From positions 1 through 37,721 of the IMG/VR virus record IMGVR_UViG_3300046779_000192: a stretch of DNA of 37,721 nt; one strand, given 5' to 3'. This document shows, in pieces, positions 1 to 6,943 of this stretch. Position numbers and translations under genes: made by a program. The notes under the pieces are model-generated. The model saw only the letters and a list, made by a program, of their open reading frames with translations, did no database searches and was not told where the DNA came from. How positions within the stretch are numbered: position 1 is the first letter of the stretch; every line of letters begins with the position of its first letter. The DNA comes from a virus. Its lineage: Duplodnaviria; Caudoviricetes.

Positions 1-102
1 ACACGGGGACAAGAATCCAAGCCTTTCAATTACTGACGGTGCGGATGGCAAACCGCTGTTCAAGTGCCACGGTGGGTGTGAGCAGCACGATGTGTTTGCA
101 GC
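1..102 (+). repeat. Terminal overlap, left copy (matches 37620-37721)
   Basis: Alignment by eye at offset 37619: mismatches at positions 2, 19, 31, 32 and 49; positions 50-102 identical. Confidence 0.95.
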
Positions 103-1945
103 CGTCAGGGATTACGGGCTGCTGCCAGAGCTGGAGCCACGCGCTGAACTTTTGGCATCAATCAAACCGTTTGAGCAGCCAACTCTGGAGAACGAGTGGC
201 ATTACACGGACGAGGACGGTGTGACGCTGTTCATCAAGCAGCGTTACAAGACAAATGACGCGAAGGGCAAGACGTACAAGCAATTGCGCGTGGATGACGA
301 AGGGCGTAGACATTCAAGTATCACGGGCGCGAAGATCGTCCCTTACAACTTGCCCGAAGTCGAGCAAGCAAGGCAAGCTGGCAGAACAGTATTTTTGACG
401 GAAGGCGAGAAGGCGGCGGATGCGCTGAATCAAATCGGTGTCGTAGCAACTTGTACGCATCAGGGCGCCAGCAGTTTCCCTGAAGACGCAATCCAGTACT
501 TCACGGGACTCAACGTGGTCATCCTGCCTGACAACGACAAGGTTGGTTGGGAGTACGCCAAGAAAGCAGTCAAGGCCATCAGCAAAGTCGCCAACAGCAT
601 CCGAATCTTGGACCTGCAACTGGAGGACGCGAAGGAAGATGCTTACGAGTACGTTTACCGCTACGGATACGACAAGCAGCACCTGACAGATTACGTTAAG
701 AACTATGCAATCAAGGTCGGCAGCGAGAGCGATGTAACGATTCCTGAAAGGTTCGTGGCGCAAGACGAAAAACCAACAGAAGCACCAGAGCAGCCATTAA
801 CCATCCAAACGCTCAGGCAACCCTTCAAGATTGAGCAGTTGGATGACATTGATGACGAGCCAGTGGAGTGGCTGATTGAGGGTGTCATCCCAAAGAAGGC
901 ATTTGTGGCCTTGTACGCGCCACCAGCGTCATTCAAGTCATTCGTGGCCTTGGACATTGCTGAGTGCATCGCAACGGGCAGGGAATTCCTCACCAAGCAA
1001 GTCAAGCACCAAGGCGCGGTGTTGTACATAGCTGGCGAGGGTCACGGTGGTATCGGGGCGCGTATCAAGGCCATGAAGAAGCATCACTCAACACCAGCAG
1101 GTGCGCCAGTGTTCTTTCTACGCAAGCAGATCAACTTGCGCTCGTCAGCCACGGACATCCAAGACCTGATTCAAGCCGTGGATGACATCCAAGCCACGCA
1201 CGACATCCAGTTTGAGCTGGTGGTCATTGACACGTTAGCCAGAGCCTTTGGCGGTGGCAATGAGAACGCATCAGAGGACATGGGAGCCTTCATTACCGCG
1301 GCAGGTGCAATCCAAGGCAGATACAACTGCGCACTCCTAGTCGTCCACCACGCTGGTAAGGATGCCACCAAAGGTTTAAGGGGTCACAGCAGTTTACTAG
1401 GTGCAGTTGACACCGAGCTGGAGATTATTCGTATCGAGGACGCGCCCAAAGGAATCCTCCACATCAGCAAGCAGAAGGACGGTGAGGACGGGCAAAGGTA
1501 CGGATTCCAGATGATTACGGTGGAGTTATCCACAACACTTTTGGGATTCGATAACGTCAGCTCATTAGCCGTGGAAGTGGACAGCGAGATGAACGTCAAT
1601 CAAGGCAGGAAAGAGCCTTCATTGCCACCAAGCAGAGCAGGGCTAGGAACTCACAACTCCAACGCATTGAGAGCATTACACGCAGCCATTAAGAAGTTCG
1701 GGATGATGGAAACCATTAATGGCATGAGGAACAAGGCCATCAAAGTGGACCAGTGGCGGGATGAGTACAAGGCATCAATTGGCAACGATACAGACCCTCA
1801 AGACTTCAAGAAGGTTTGGTGGCGGGTTAAGAATCAACTTCAAAACGCAGAAAAAGTTGCCATTCACGGAGATTGGTGTTGGGCAATATTTGAGGACCAT
1901 GACGGTTCAGGGGAAGCAGATCGGAAGGTCGTTCCATTCAAATAA
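2..1945 (+). CDS. Bifunctional DNA primase-helicase (TOPRIM primase + RecA-like/AAA_25 helicase); 3' part of a gene that starts at 37525 and wraps across the contig ends
   Basis: Frame is open from base 2 (HGDKNPSLSITDGADGKPLFKCHGGC) into the 92..1945 ORF. TOPRIM motifs TEGEKAADAL and LPDND; Walker A APPASFKS; Walker B VVIDT; HHAGK and RGHSSL motifs. Joined protein is about 679 aa. Confidence 0.9.
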   Translation, partial: HGDKNPSLSITDGADGKPLFKCHGGCEQHDVFAAVRDYGLLPELEPRAELLASIKPFEQPTLENEWHYTDEDGVTLFIKQRYKTNDAKGKTYKQLRVDDEGRRHSSITGAKIVPYNLPEVEQARQAGRTVFLTEGEKAADALNQIGVVATCTHQGASSFPEDAIQYFTGLNVVILPDNDKVGWEYAKKAVKAISKVANSIRILDLQLEDAKEDAYEYVYRYGYDKQHLTDYVKNYAIKVGSESDVTIPERFVAQDEKPTEAPEQPLTIQTLRQPFKIEQLDDIDDEPVEWLIEGVIPKKAFVALYAPPASFKSFVALDIAECIATGREFLTKQVKHQGAVLYIAGEGHGGIGARIKAMKKHHSTPAGAPVFFLRKQINLRSSATDIQDLIQAVDDIQATHDIQFELVVIDTLARAFGGGNENASEDMGAFITAAGAIQGRYNCALLVVHHAGKDATKGLRGHSSLLGAVDTELEIIRIEDAPKGILHISKQKDGEDGQRYGFQMITVELSTTLLGFDNVSSLAVEVDSEMNVNQGRKEPSLPPSRAGLGTHNSNALRALHAAIKKFGMMETINGMRNKAIKVDQWRDEYKASIGNDTDPQDFKKVWWRVKNQLQNAEKVAIHGDWCWAIFEDHDGSGEADRKVVPFK

Positions 1946-2063
1946 GGTCTACACATGGTCTACATATGGTCTACAGATGTATACCGCATATGTAGACCAC
2001 AAAAAGGTCTACTTATGGGGTGTGGGTCTATAGACACACCCATAAGTGGACCATGTGGAGACC
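1946..2063. repeat. Putative replication origin: 11-bp-period iterons plus a long imperfect palindrome
   Basis: GGTCTACA(C/T/G)AT at 1946, 1957 and 1968; inverted TGTAGACC at 1991-1998; GGTCTAC at 2006; palindrome 2006-2052 centred on GTCTA|TAGAC; begins immediately after the primase-helicase stop. Confidence 0.7.
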
Positions 2064-2105
2064 CAATTGTGATGATATTTGTAAGAAAATTGTAAGGAGA
2101 GATTT

Positions 2106-2768
2106 GTGGCAACAAGGCAGATAAAAAAGAAGGTTGAGCAGCCGAGTATTCCAGCCGACCCGTTTGAGCTGTTCATGCGAAGTAAGTTGATTGAACTTCT
2201 TAACGTCCAACAAGCGCACGAAAAGAAGTGGGGTGTCAGTCGGTTGATTGGATTGGTGGATGAGGAGTTCCGTGTCAAGTTCTGGACGCAGTCGGAGAGG
2301 GTTTACGCTGCGCAGAGGAGTCGTGACGAAGTTAGACTCAGCAAAGCAGTGGATGGGATGAAGAAGGCTTATGCAGCTCTGGAGCAGTGGGCTGTTACAA
2401 CTGGCGTTAGCCTTGTGCCAGAGATTAAGAACTGCCAGTACGAGATGCTTGACGGCTCAATCATGGTCGTGGTGGAGACTTATGAGGACGCGCTGCACTT
2501 TGACCAGTTCATGGGTCACGACAGTCGCAGACACATCTGGTGCATGGAGGAGCTTGAACTGGTGATGAACGCTGAGGTGGTCAAGGAGACAATGGCTTTG
2601 AAGCGTCAGCATCCTCAAGCTCAGATGGTTCGTCTGGACAAGCCAGCCAACAAGTTTCCTGAAGGTGGAGCAACAGGCTTGGAGGACATGAAGTCTGACG
2701 ATGATGCGATCATGAAGGGTAAGCGTTTGGATAAGGTGTTCGACACTAGTTTAGTAAGAAACAAGTAA
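2106..2768 (+). CDS. Hypothetical phage protein (220 aa)
   Basis: GTG start with AAGGAG RBS; long ORF in the replication block; no recognised motif. Confidence 0.75.
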   Translation: MATRQIKKKVEQPSIPADPFELFMRSKLIELLNVQQAHEKKWGVSRLIGLVDEEFRVKFWTQSERVYAAQRSRDEVRLSKAVDGMKKAYAALEQWAVTTGVSLVPEIKNCQYEMLDGSIMVVVETYEDALHFDQFMGHDSRRHIWCMEELELVMNAEVVKETMALKRQHPQAQMVRLDKPANKFPEGGATGLEDMKSDDDAIMKGKRLDKVFDTSLVRNK

Positions 2769-2813
2769 GAATCAATAGGCATTATGTAAATATACAAAGA
2801 AAGGTGTTTACTT

Positions 2814-3338
2814 ATGTCTTCTAACAAATACAGAAAGAAACTGCTTAAGTTACATAGCCACAAGTATGAGCGTCATTACACACCAGAGGGCTTCTATTGT
2901 TTTTACTGTGGAGACCCTGCTGATGGTTTAGATCATGTTCCATCAATCAACTCAATAGACACGATGGATTATCAATACAGAAAACGTCATCAAATTCCTG
3001 CTGTGACCGTGGCTTGTTGTTCGACTTGTAATGGCGCTACTTCATCAAGAAGGCTTGACACTGTTGCAGACAGGCTGCTTTACCTTGAATCTTTTTATCA
3101 ACGTATCTTTGAAAAGCACAACAAGACTTGGAGCCAAGAGGAAATTGACGAGCTTGGAGCAAGCCTTCAAGGGTTTGTCAGATCATCACAAGAACGACTG
3201 CAAAGGTTTGTCCATAAAATTCGAGGAATACAACGAAGATTTATCTTGGTTGAAACACATCCAACATTTGAACCAAACGAAGCTGATGAACGGATTGAGA
3301 AAGAATTACAATTAGAAATGCCTCAAGAACGCATTTAA
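2814..3338 (+). CDS. HNH-like endonuclease with zinc-binding cysteines
   Basis: CFYCG...DHVP...CCSTCN pattern typical of HNH nucleases; more AT-rich than neighbours; sits upstream of the small terminase gene. Confidence 0.65.
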   Translation: MSSNKYRKKLLKLHSHKYERHYTPEGFYCFYCGDPADGLDHVPSINSIDTMDYQYRKRHQIPAVTVACCSTCNGATSSRRLDTVADRLLYLESFYQRIFEKHNKTWSQEEIDELGASLQGFVRSSQERLQRFVHKIRGIQRRFILVETHPTFEPNEADERIEKELQLEMPQERI

Positions 3339-3442
3339 ACACCGATTAAACGCGTTAAAAAGTCGAATCAATATCCGCAGAAGGGTTTGATACATAAATC
3401 TCTTGTAGGGCTTTAAATCAAATCAATCAAAAAGGAGTAGAA

Positions 3443-3877
3443 ATGGCTGGAAACAAAAAGAAAAATGCTGACTTGGCGTTGCTTGACACTTTGCCAAAAG
3501 ATCAAATTCAGACAATGTTTGAGTCTGGAAAGGGGATTACTCGCATTTGCGTTGCACTTGGAGTCGGCAGGAAAGCATTGGAGGAATGGTTAGCTCTCCC
3601 AGAGCAAGAGGGCTTCCTCACACGTACGCGCGCGAAAGCGGCGGACAACTTTGTCACGGAAATGATCGAGATCGCCGATGAGTCAGAGCGAGAGGATGAA
3701 AGAATCGCCAGATTGCGCATAAATACGCGCCAATGGGTGGCTGAACGCTGGAATCCAGCAGCGTATGCGCAGAACAAGATGCCGAGCGTTACGGTCAATC
3801 TGGCTAACTTGCGGCTTGATGCGCTGCGACATGGCGAGTACATTGAGGCCGAGTTACCCACAGACAAGTTGTCGTAA
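3443..3877 (+). CDS. Terminase small subunit
   Basis: AAGGAG RBS; N-terminal HTH-like segment; RLRINTRQWVAERWNP resembles the Sf6-type small terminase C-terminal motif; located upstream of terL. Confidence 0.75.
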   Translation: MAGNKKKNADLALLDTLPKDQIQTMFESGKGITRICVALGVGRKALEEWLALPEQEGFLTRTRAKAADNFVTEMIEIADESEREDERIARLRINTRQWVAERWNPAAYAQNKMPSVTVNLANLRLDALRHGEYIEAELPTDKLS

Positions 3878-4012
3878 GTTGTCCAAGTTGTCCACAGTTC
3901 ACATGGTTTGTTGCAGAGATGCAACACAATGCGTGTATGAGCTGTGGATAACGCTGAAATAACTTTACATAATGGACATTGTATAAAGCGTGTGAGTGCC
4001 AAAGTATTCACA
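3854..4012. promoter_or_regulatory. Cluster of DnaA-box-like 9-mers
   Basis: TGTGGATAA 3943-3951 is a perfect TTATCCACA on the minus strand; one-mismatch copies TTACCCACA 3854-3862, TTGTCCACA 3888-3896 and GTATTCACA 4004-4012. Confidence 0.5.
3962..3989 (-). other. dif-like (XerC/XerD) 11-6-11 site
   Basis: Minus strand reads GCTTTATACAA TGTCCA TTATGTAAAGT; right arm matches the E. coli XerD arm TTATGTTAAAT at 9/11. Confidence 0.5.
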
Positions 4013-4123
4013 ATGCGATCTAGGCATGAATCGTGCCAGCCGACAGCGCCCGAAGCCCCCCGCGGGTGGCGTGTCGGCGGGGCGGCTGTACATTGGCAAC
4101 TCCACACACATCCCGAAAAAAAT

Positions 4124-4152
4124 TTTAAAAAAATTTAGAAAACGACTACACT
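4124..4152 (+). promoter_or_regulatory. Candidate sigma70-type promoter for the structured RNA region and terL
   Basis: TTTAAA (4124-4129), 17-nt spacer, TACACT (4147-4152); embedded in an A/T tract at 4116-4136. Confidence 0.4.
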
Positions 4153-4168
4153 TGATCACTACATCAAG

Positions 4169-4254
4169 ACGCATGAGGATTGTCGGATAAAGGCTGTTTC
4201 TATGATGCTTAGGCAGACAGTCTCCAGCGGGAACTGGCTTCAGTCCTCAGCCGT
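4169..4254 (+). ncRNA. Putative three-way-junction structured RNA
   Basis: TGAGGATTG 4174-4182 pairs with CAGTCCTCA 4241-4249, enclosing hairpins 4191-4223 and 4224-4237; G-U pairs favour the plus strand. Confidence 0.5.
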
Positions 4255-4355
4255 GTTGGTGAACGCGCAGACTGATGCGAGGGCGAATATCCTGATCCAC
4301 CGCTTTTAAGCGCAATGGTTCAAAGCTGGAGATCAGTACCAGCCACCAACACCCA
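4253..4355 (+). ncRNA. tRNA-shaped non-canonical structured RNA with potential loop-loop kissing
   Basis: 9-bp closing stem GTGTTGGTG/CACCAACAC followed by CCA; 4-bp and 5-bp arms whose loops are complementary (ACTGA 4271-4275 / TCAGT 4333-4337). Confidence 0.65.
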
Positions 4356-4382
4356 TCTTCTCATTGATGCCACAATCCACAC

Positions 4383-5873
4383 ATGACTACAACATCAACC
4401 CCCAAGAAACTGCACGTTGATACACAGGAGCTGGTGGACAACGCTGCCAAGAAGTTAGACGAGAAGATCAAGAACAATCCTTTCGTGGCCTTCACAGCCC
4501 GATACCGAAACAATCCTGTTCTGTTCGTCAAGGAAGTCTTGAACACCGTCCCTGATGAGTGGCAAGAGACTATGCTCAACCACATTGCCAAAGGTGAGCG
4601 CCGAATCTCTGTCCGATCTGGGCATGGAGTCGGCAAATCCACAGGCGCAAGTTGGGCAATCATTTGGTATTTACTTTTACGTTACCCCGTCAAGGTGGTG
4701 GTGACAGCACCCACGTCCAGCCAGTTGTATGACGCTCTTTTCGCGGAACTGAAGCGATGGGTGAAGGAATTGCCACCAACCTTGCGGGATATGCTTGAAG
4801 TGAAGCAAGACCGCATCGAAGTCAAGGAGGCCGCAACCGAAGCCTTCGTGTCAGCGCGTACAAGTAGAGCTGAACAGCCCGAAGCCTTGCAGGGTGTCCA
4901 CAGCGACAACGTGATGCTGATTGCTGACGAAGCATCGGGTATACCCGAACAGGTGTTCGAGGCTGCTGCTGGCTCCATGTCTGGCCATAACGCTGTCACC
5001 TTACTTCTCGGCAACCCCGTCCGAAGTTCAGGATTTTTTTACGACACCCACAACCGTCTGGCGAATGATTGGGTGACGATGAAGGTGTCCTGCGTGGACT
5101 CACCACGGGTATCTGATGCCTACGTTGAGGAGATGAAAGCTCGGTACGGCGAGGAATCCAATGCCTACCGAATTCGCGTCCTTGGTGAGTTTCCACGTTC
5201 TGACGATGACACCATCATCCCAATGGAGCTGCTGGAGTTGGCAAAGCACCGAGATGTTGCAGCCTCTCAACACGCCAAACTGATTTGGGGCTTGGACGTT
5301 GCACGTTTTGGTGGTGATCGTTCCACCCTTGCCAAGCGTCAAGGCAACGCGCTGATTGAGCCGATAAAGGTCTGGAAGAACTTAGATTTGATGCAACTGA
5401 CGGGTGCAGTGGTTGCTGAGTGGGAGGCGTTGCCCTCCAGCCAGCGCCCCCATGAGATTCTGGTGGACTCAATTGGTTTGGGCGCTGGCGTGGTTGACCG
5501 ACTGCGCGAGTTGGGTTTGCCTGTTCGCGGCATTAACGTGTCCGAGTCCCCCGCGATGGGTACGACTTACAGGAACTTACGCGCCGAGCTTTGGTACAAG
5601 TGCAAAGCGTGGTTTGAGGCGCGAGACTGTCGTATTCCATTGGACGAGGAGCTTGTAGCGGAACTGGCTACAGTGCGTTACTTCTTTACGTCCAACGGCA
5701 AGATTCAGATTGAGAGCAAGGATGACATCCGCAAGCGCGGCCTGAAGTCCCCCGACAAGGCTGACTCGTTTGTCTTGACGTTTGCATCGGATGCAGCCAT
5801 CGGGATGTTCGGTGCGAACACCGCGCAGCAGTGGTCAAAGCCATTGCGCCGTAATGTGTCGCGGGTTGCATAA
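4383..5873 (+). CDS. terL: Terminase large subunit
   Basis: Walker A SGHGVGKS; Walker B LIADEA; GNP coupling motif; RNase H-like nuclease motifs GLDVARFGGD and SPDKADS. Confidence 0.93.
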   Translation: MTTTSTPKKLHVDTQELVDNAAKKLDEKIKNNPFVAFTARYRNNPVLFVKEVLNTVPDEWQETMLNHIAKGERRISVRSGHGVGKSTGASWAIIWYLLLRYPVKVVVTAPTSSQLYDALFAELKRWVKELPPTLRDMLEVKQDRIEVKEAATEAFVSARTSRAEQPEALQGVHSDNVMLIADEASGIPEQVFEAAAGSMSGHNAVTLLLGNPVRSSGFFYDTHNRLANDWVTMKVSCVDSPRVSDAYVEEMKARYGEESNAYRIRVLGEFPRSDDDTIIPMELLELAKHRDVAASQHAKLIWGLDVARFGGDRSTLAKRQGNALIEPIKVWKNLDLMQLTGAVVAEWEALPSSQRPHEILVDSIGLGAGVVDRLRELGLPVRGINVSESPAMGTTYRNLRAELWYKCKAWFEARDCRIPLDEELVAELATVRYFFTSNGKIQIESKDDIRKRGLKSPDKADSFVLTFASDAAIGMFGANTAQQWSKPLRRNVSRVA

Positions 5874-5907
5874 TCTGGTCATTCCATTAACTTTGAAGGG
5901 GTAGGCT

Positions 5908-6093
5908 ATGAAGATGACAAAGGCAGAAAAGAAGATTGGCTCTGTGATGAAGGAATACAAATCTGGCACTTTGCACTCAGGCAAGGGCGGCAAGGTTGTG
6001 AAGAATCCAAAGCAAGCCATTGCCATCGCAATGTCTGAAGCCAAAATGCCTATGCGCGGTCAGCGCACTGCAAAGAACAAGGCCAAGAAATGA
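5908..6093 (+). CDS. Small basic protein (DUF6496-like)
   Basis: VMKEYKSGTLHSG...KNPKQAIAIAMSEA pattern; Lys-rich; 61 aa. Confidence 0.7.
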   Translation: MKMTKAEKKIGSVMKEYKSGTLHSGKGGKVVKNPKQAIAIAMSEAKMPMRGQRTAKNKAKK

Positions 6094-6248
6094 AGCAAGG
6101 ACTCTACGCAAATATCAACGCCAAGCAAAAGCGTATCGCGGCTGGCTCTGGCGAAAAGATGAACAAGGTTGGCTCCAAGGCCGCGCCTTCCGCTGCTGAC
6201 TTTAAGTTGGCGGCTAAAACAGCCAAGAAGCCAAAGTCGAAAAAGTGA
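6090..6248 (+). CDS. Small Lys/Ala-rich protein (52 aa, absent from the ORF track)
   Basis: MKQGLYANINAKQKRIAAGSGEKMNKVGSKAAPSAADFKLAAKTAKKPKSKK; ATGA overlap upstream and GTGA overlap downstream exactly fill the gap. Confidence 0.75.
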   Translation: MKQGLYANINAKQKRIAAGSGEKMNKVGSKAAPSAADFKLAAKTAKKPKSKK

Positions 6249-6943
6249 TTCCAATATGCATTGCAACAGTACACGGCAAGGGGTTGCCTGTACTGCTTGA
6301 GTCAATCAAGCAATACGCGCCAGAGGCGTTTGTCTATCTTCGCGGCCCTGAGTCCGTAATTGCCAAGATGGAGAATTTGGCGAATGTTCGCATCATGGTT
6401 GGCGAGGCGCGTAACTTTGGCGAAGATTACAACGAGATCATTGACGATGCTTTGAAGTACCACACGGCTTGCATCGTCTGCAATGACGATGTGGTGTTAA
6501 CCCCTACCAGCTACAGCAAGTTGCTGGATGACGTGGACACGATTCGATCTCTTGAACCGTCCGTTGGTTGGGTGGCTGCGCGTAGCGACTCTGTTCGTGC
6601 TGTGCAGAACATTCGGTACAACCGCGAAGGCGACCCGTTGTATATGAACCGTTTTGCGTCCGAGGATTACATCTTTCCGACTGACGTTGTGGCGCCAATC
6701 TTTGCTTATGTCTCGCGTGATGCGTGGAATCACGGCAGGTTTGGCCCGATCAATTGGTACTCAGACGATGCGTCCTGCTTGGATATGTCAGCCAAGGGAT
6801 ATACGCACTACGTTTCCACTTCTTATGTCCACCACGTTGGAAGCCAGACAGTTGGCACTGACGTGGAGAAATTAAACGCGCAAGCCCGTCCGTGGATTGA
6901 GCAAAACAGACCGCAATATGTCAAAGAGTTCTTTGGTTCTTAA
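6245..6943 (+). CDS. Glycosyltransferase, GT-A fold (GT2-like)
   Basis: N-terminal IPICIATV strand, LLESI helix, DxD-type motif CNDDVVL, WYSDD, and C-terminal VHHVGSQT. Confidence 0.7.
   Translation: MIPICIATVHGKGLPVLLESIKQYAPEAFVYLRGPESVIAKMENLANVRIMVGEARNFGEDYNEIIDDALKYHTACIVCNDDVVLTPTSYSKLLDDVDTIRSLEPSVGWVAARSDSVRAVQNIRYNREGDPLYMNRFASEDYIFPTDVVAPIFAYVSRDAWNHGRFGPINWYSDDASCLDMSAKGYTHYVSTSYVHHVGSQTVGTDVEKLNAQARPWIEQNRPQYVKEFFGS

Noticed and set aside
976-983. KOPS motif GGGCAGGG oriented toward the dif-like site
   Set aside because: A single copy inside a gene; about two per strand are expected by chance in 37.7 kb.
1946-2063. CRISPR array or simple microsatellite
   Set aside because: Units are 7-11 bp with no unique spacers and occur in both orientations, which fits protein-binding iterons.
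2769-3373. 9-bp direct repeat GAATCAATA (2769 and 3365) flanking the HNH gene as a target-site duplication
   Set aside because: Short and AT-rich within AT-rich spacers, and no transposase is present; chance cannot be excluded.
3508-4190. ORFs 3508-4107 (minus), 3765-3962, 3944-4138, 3965-4174 and 3996-4190
   Set aside because: No RBS or protein-like features; they overlap terS or a region dense in DNA/RNA signals, so they are treated as shadow ORFs.
4174-4290. Hammerhead ribozyme, suggested by a three-way junction and CTGATG at 4272
   Set aside because: The core requires CUGANGA and GAAA in the junction strands; here the sequence is CTGATGC inside a hairpin and no correctly placed GAAA exists.
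4253-4355. Canonical tRNA gene
   Set aside because: No GTTCRA T-loop, no GG in the D-loop and no 7-nt anticodon loop on a 5-bp stem; kept only as a tRNA-like RNA.
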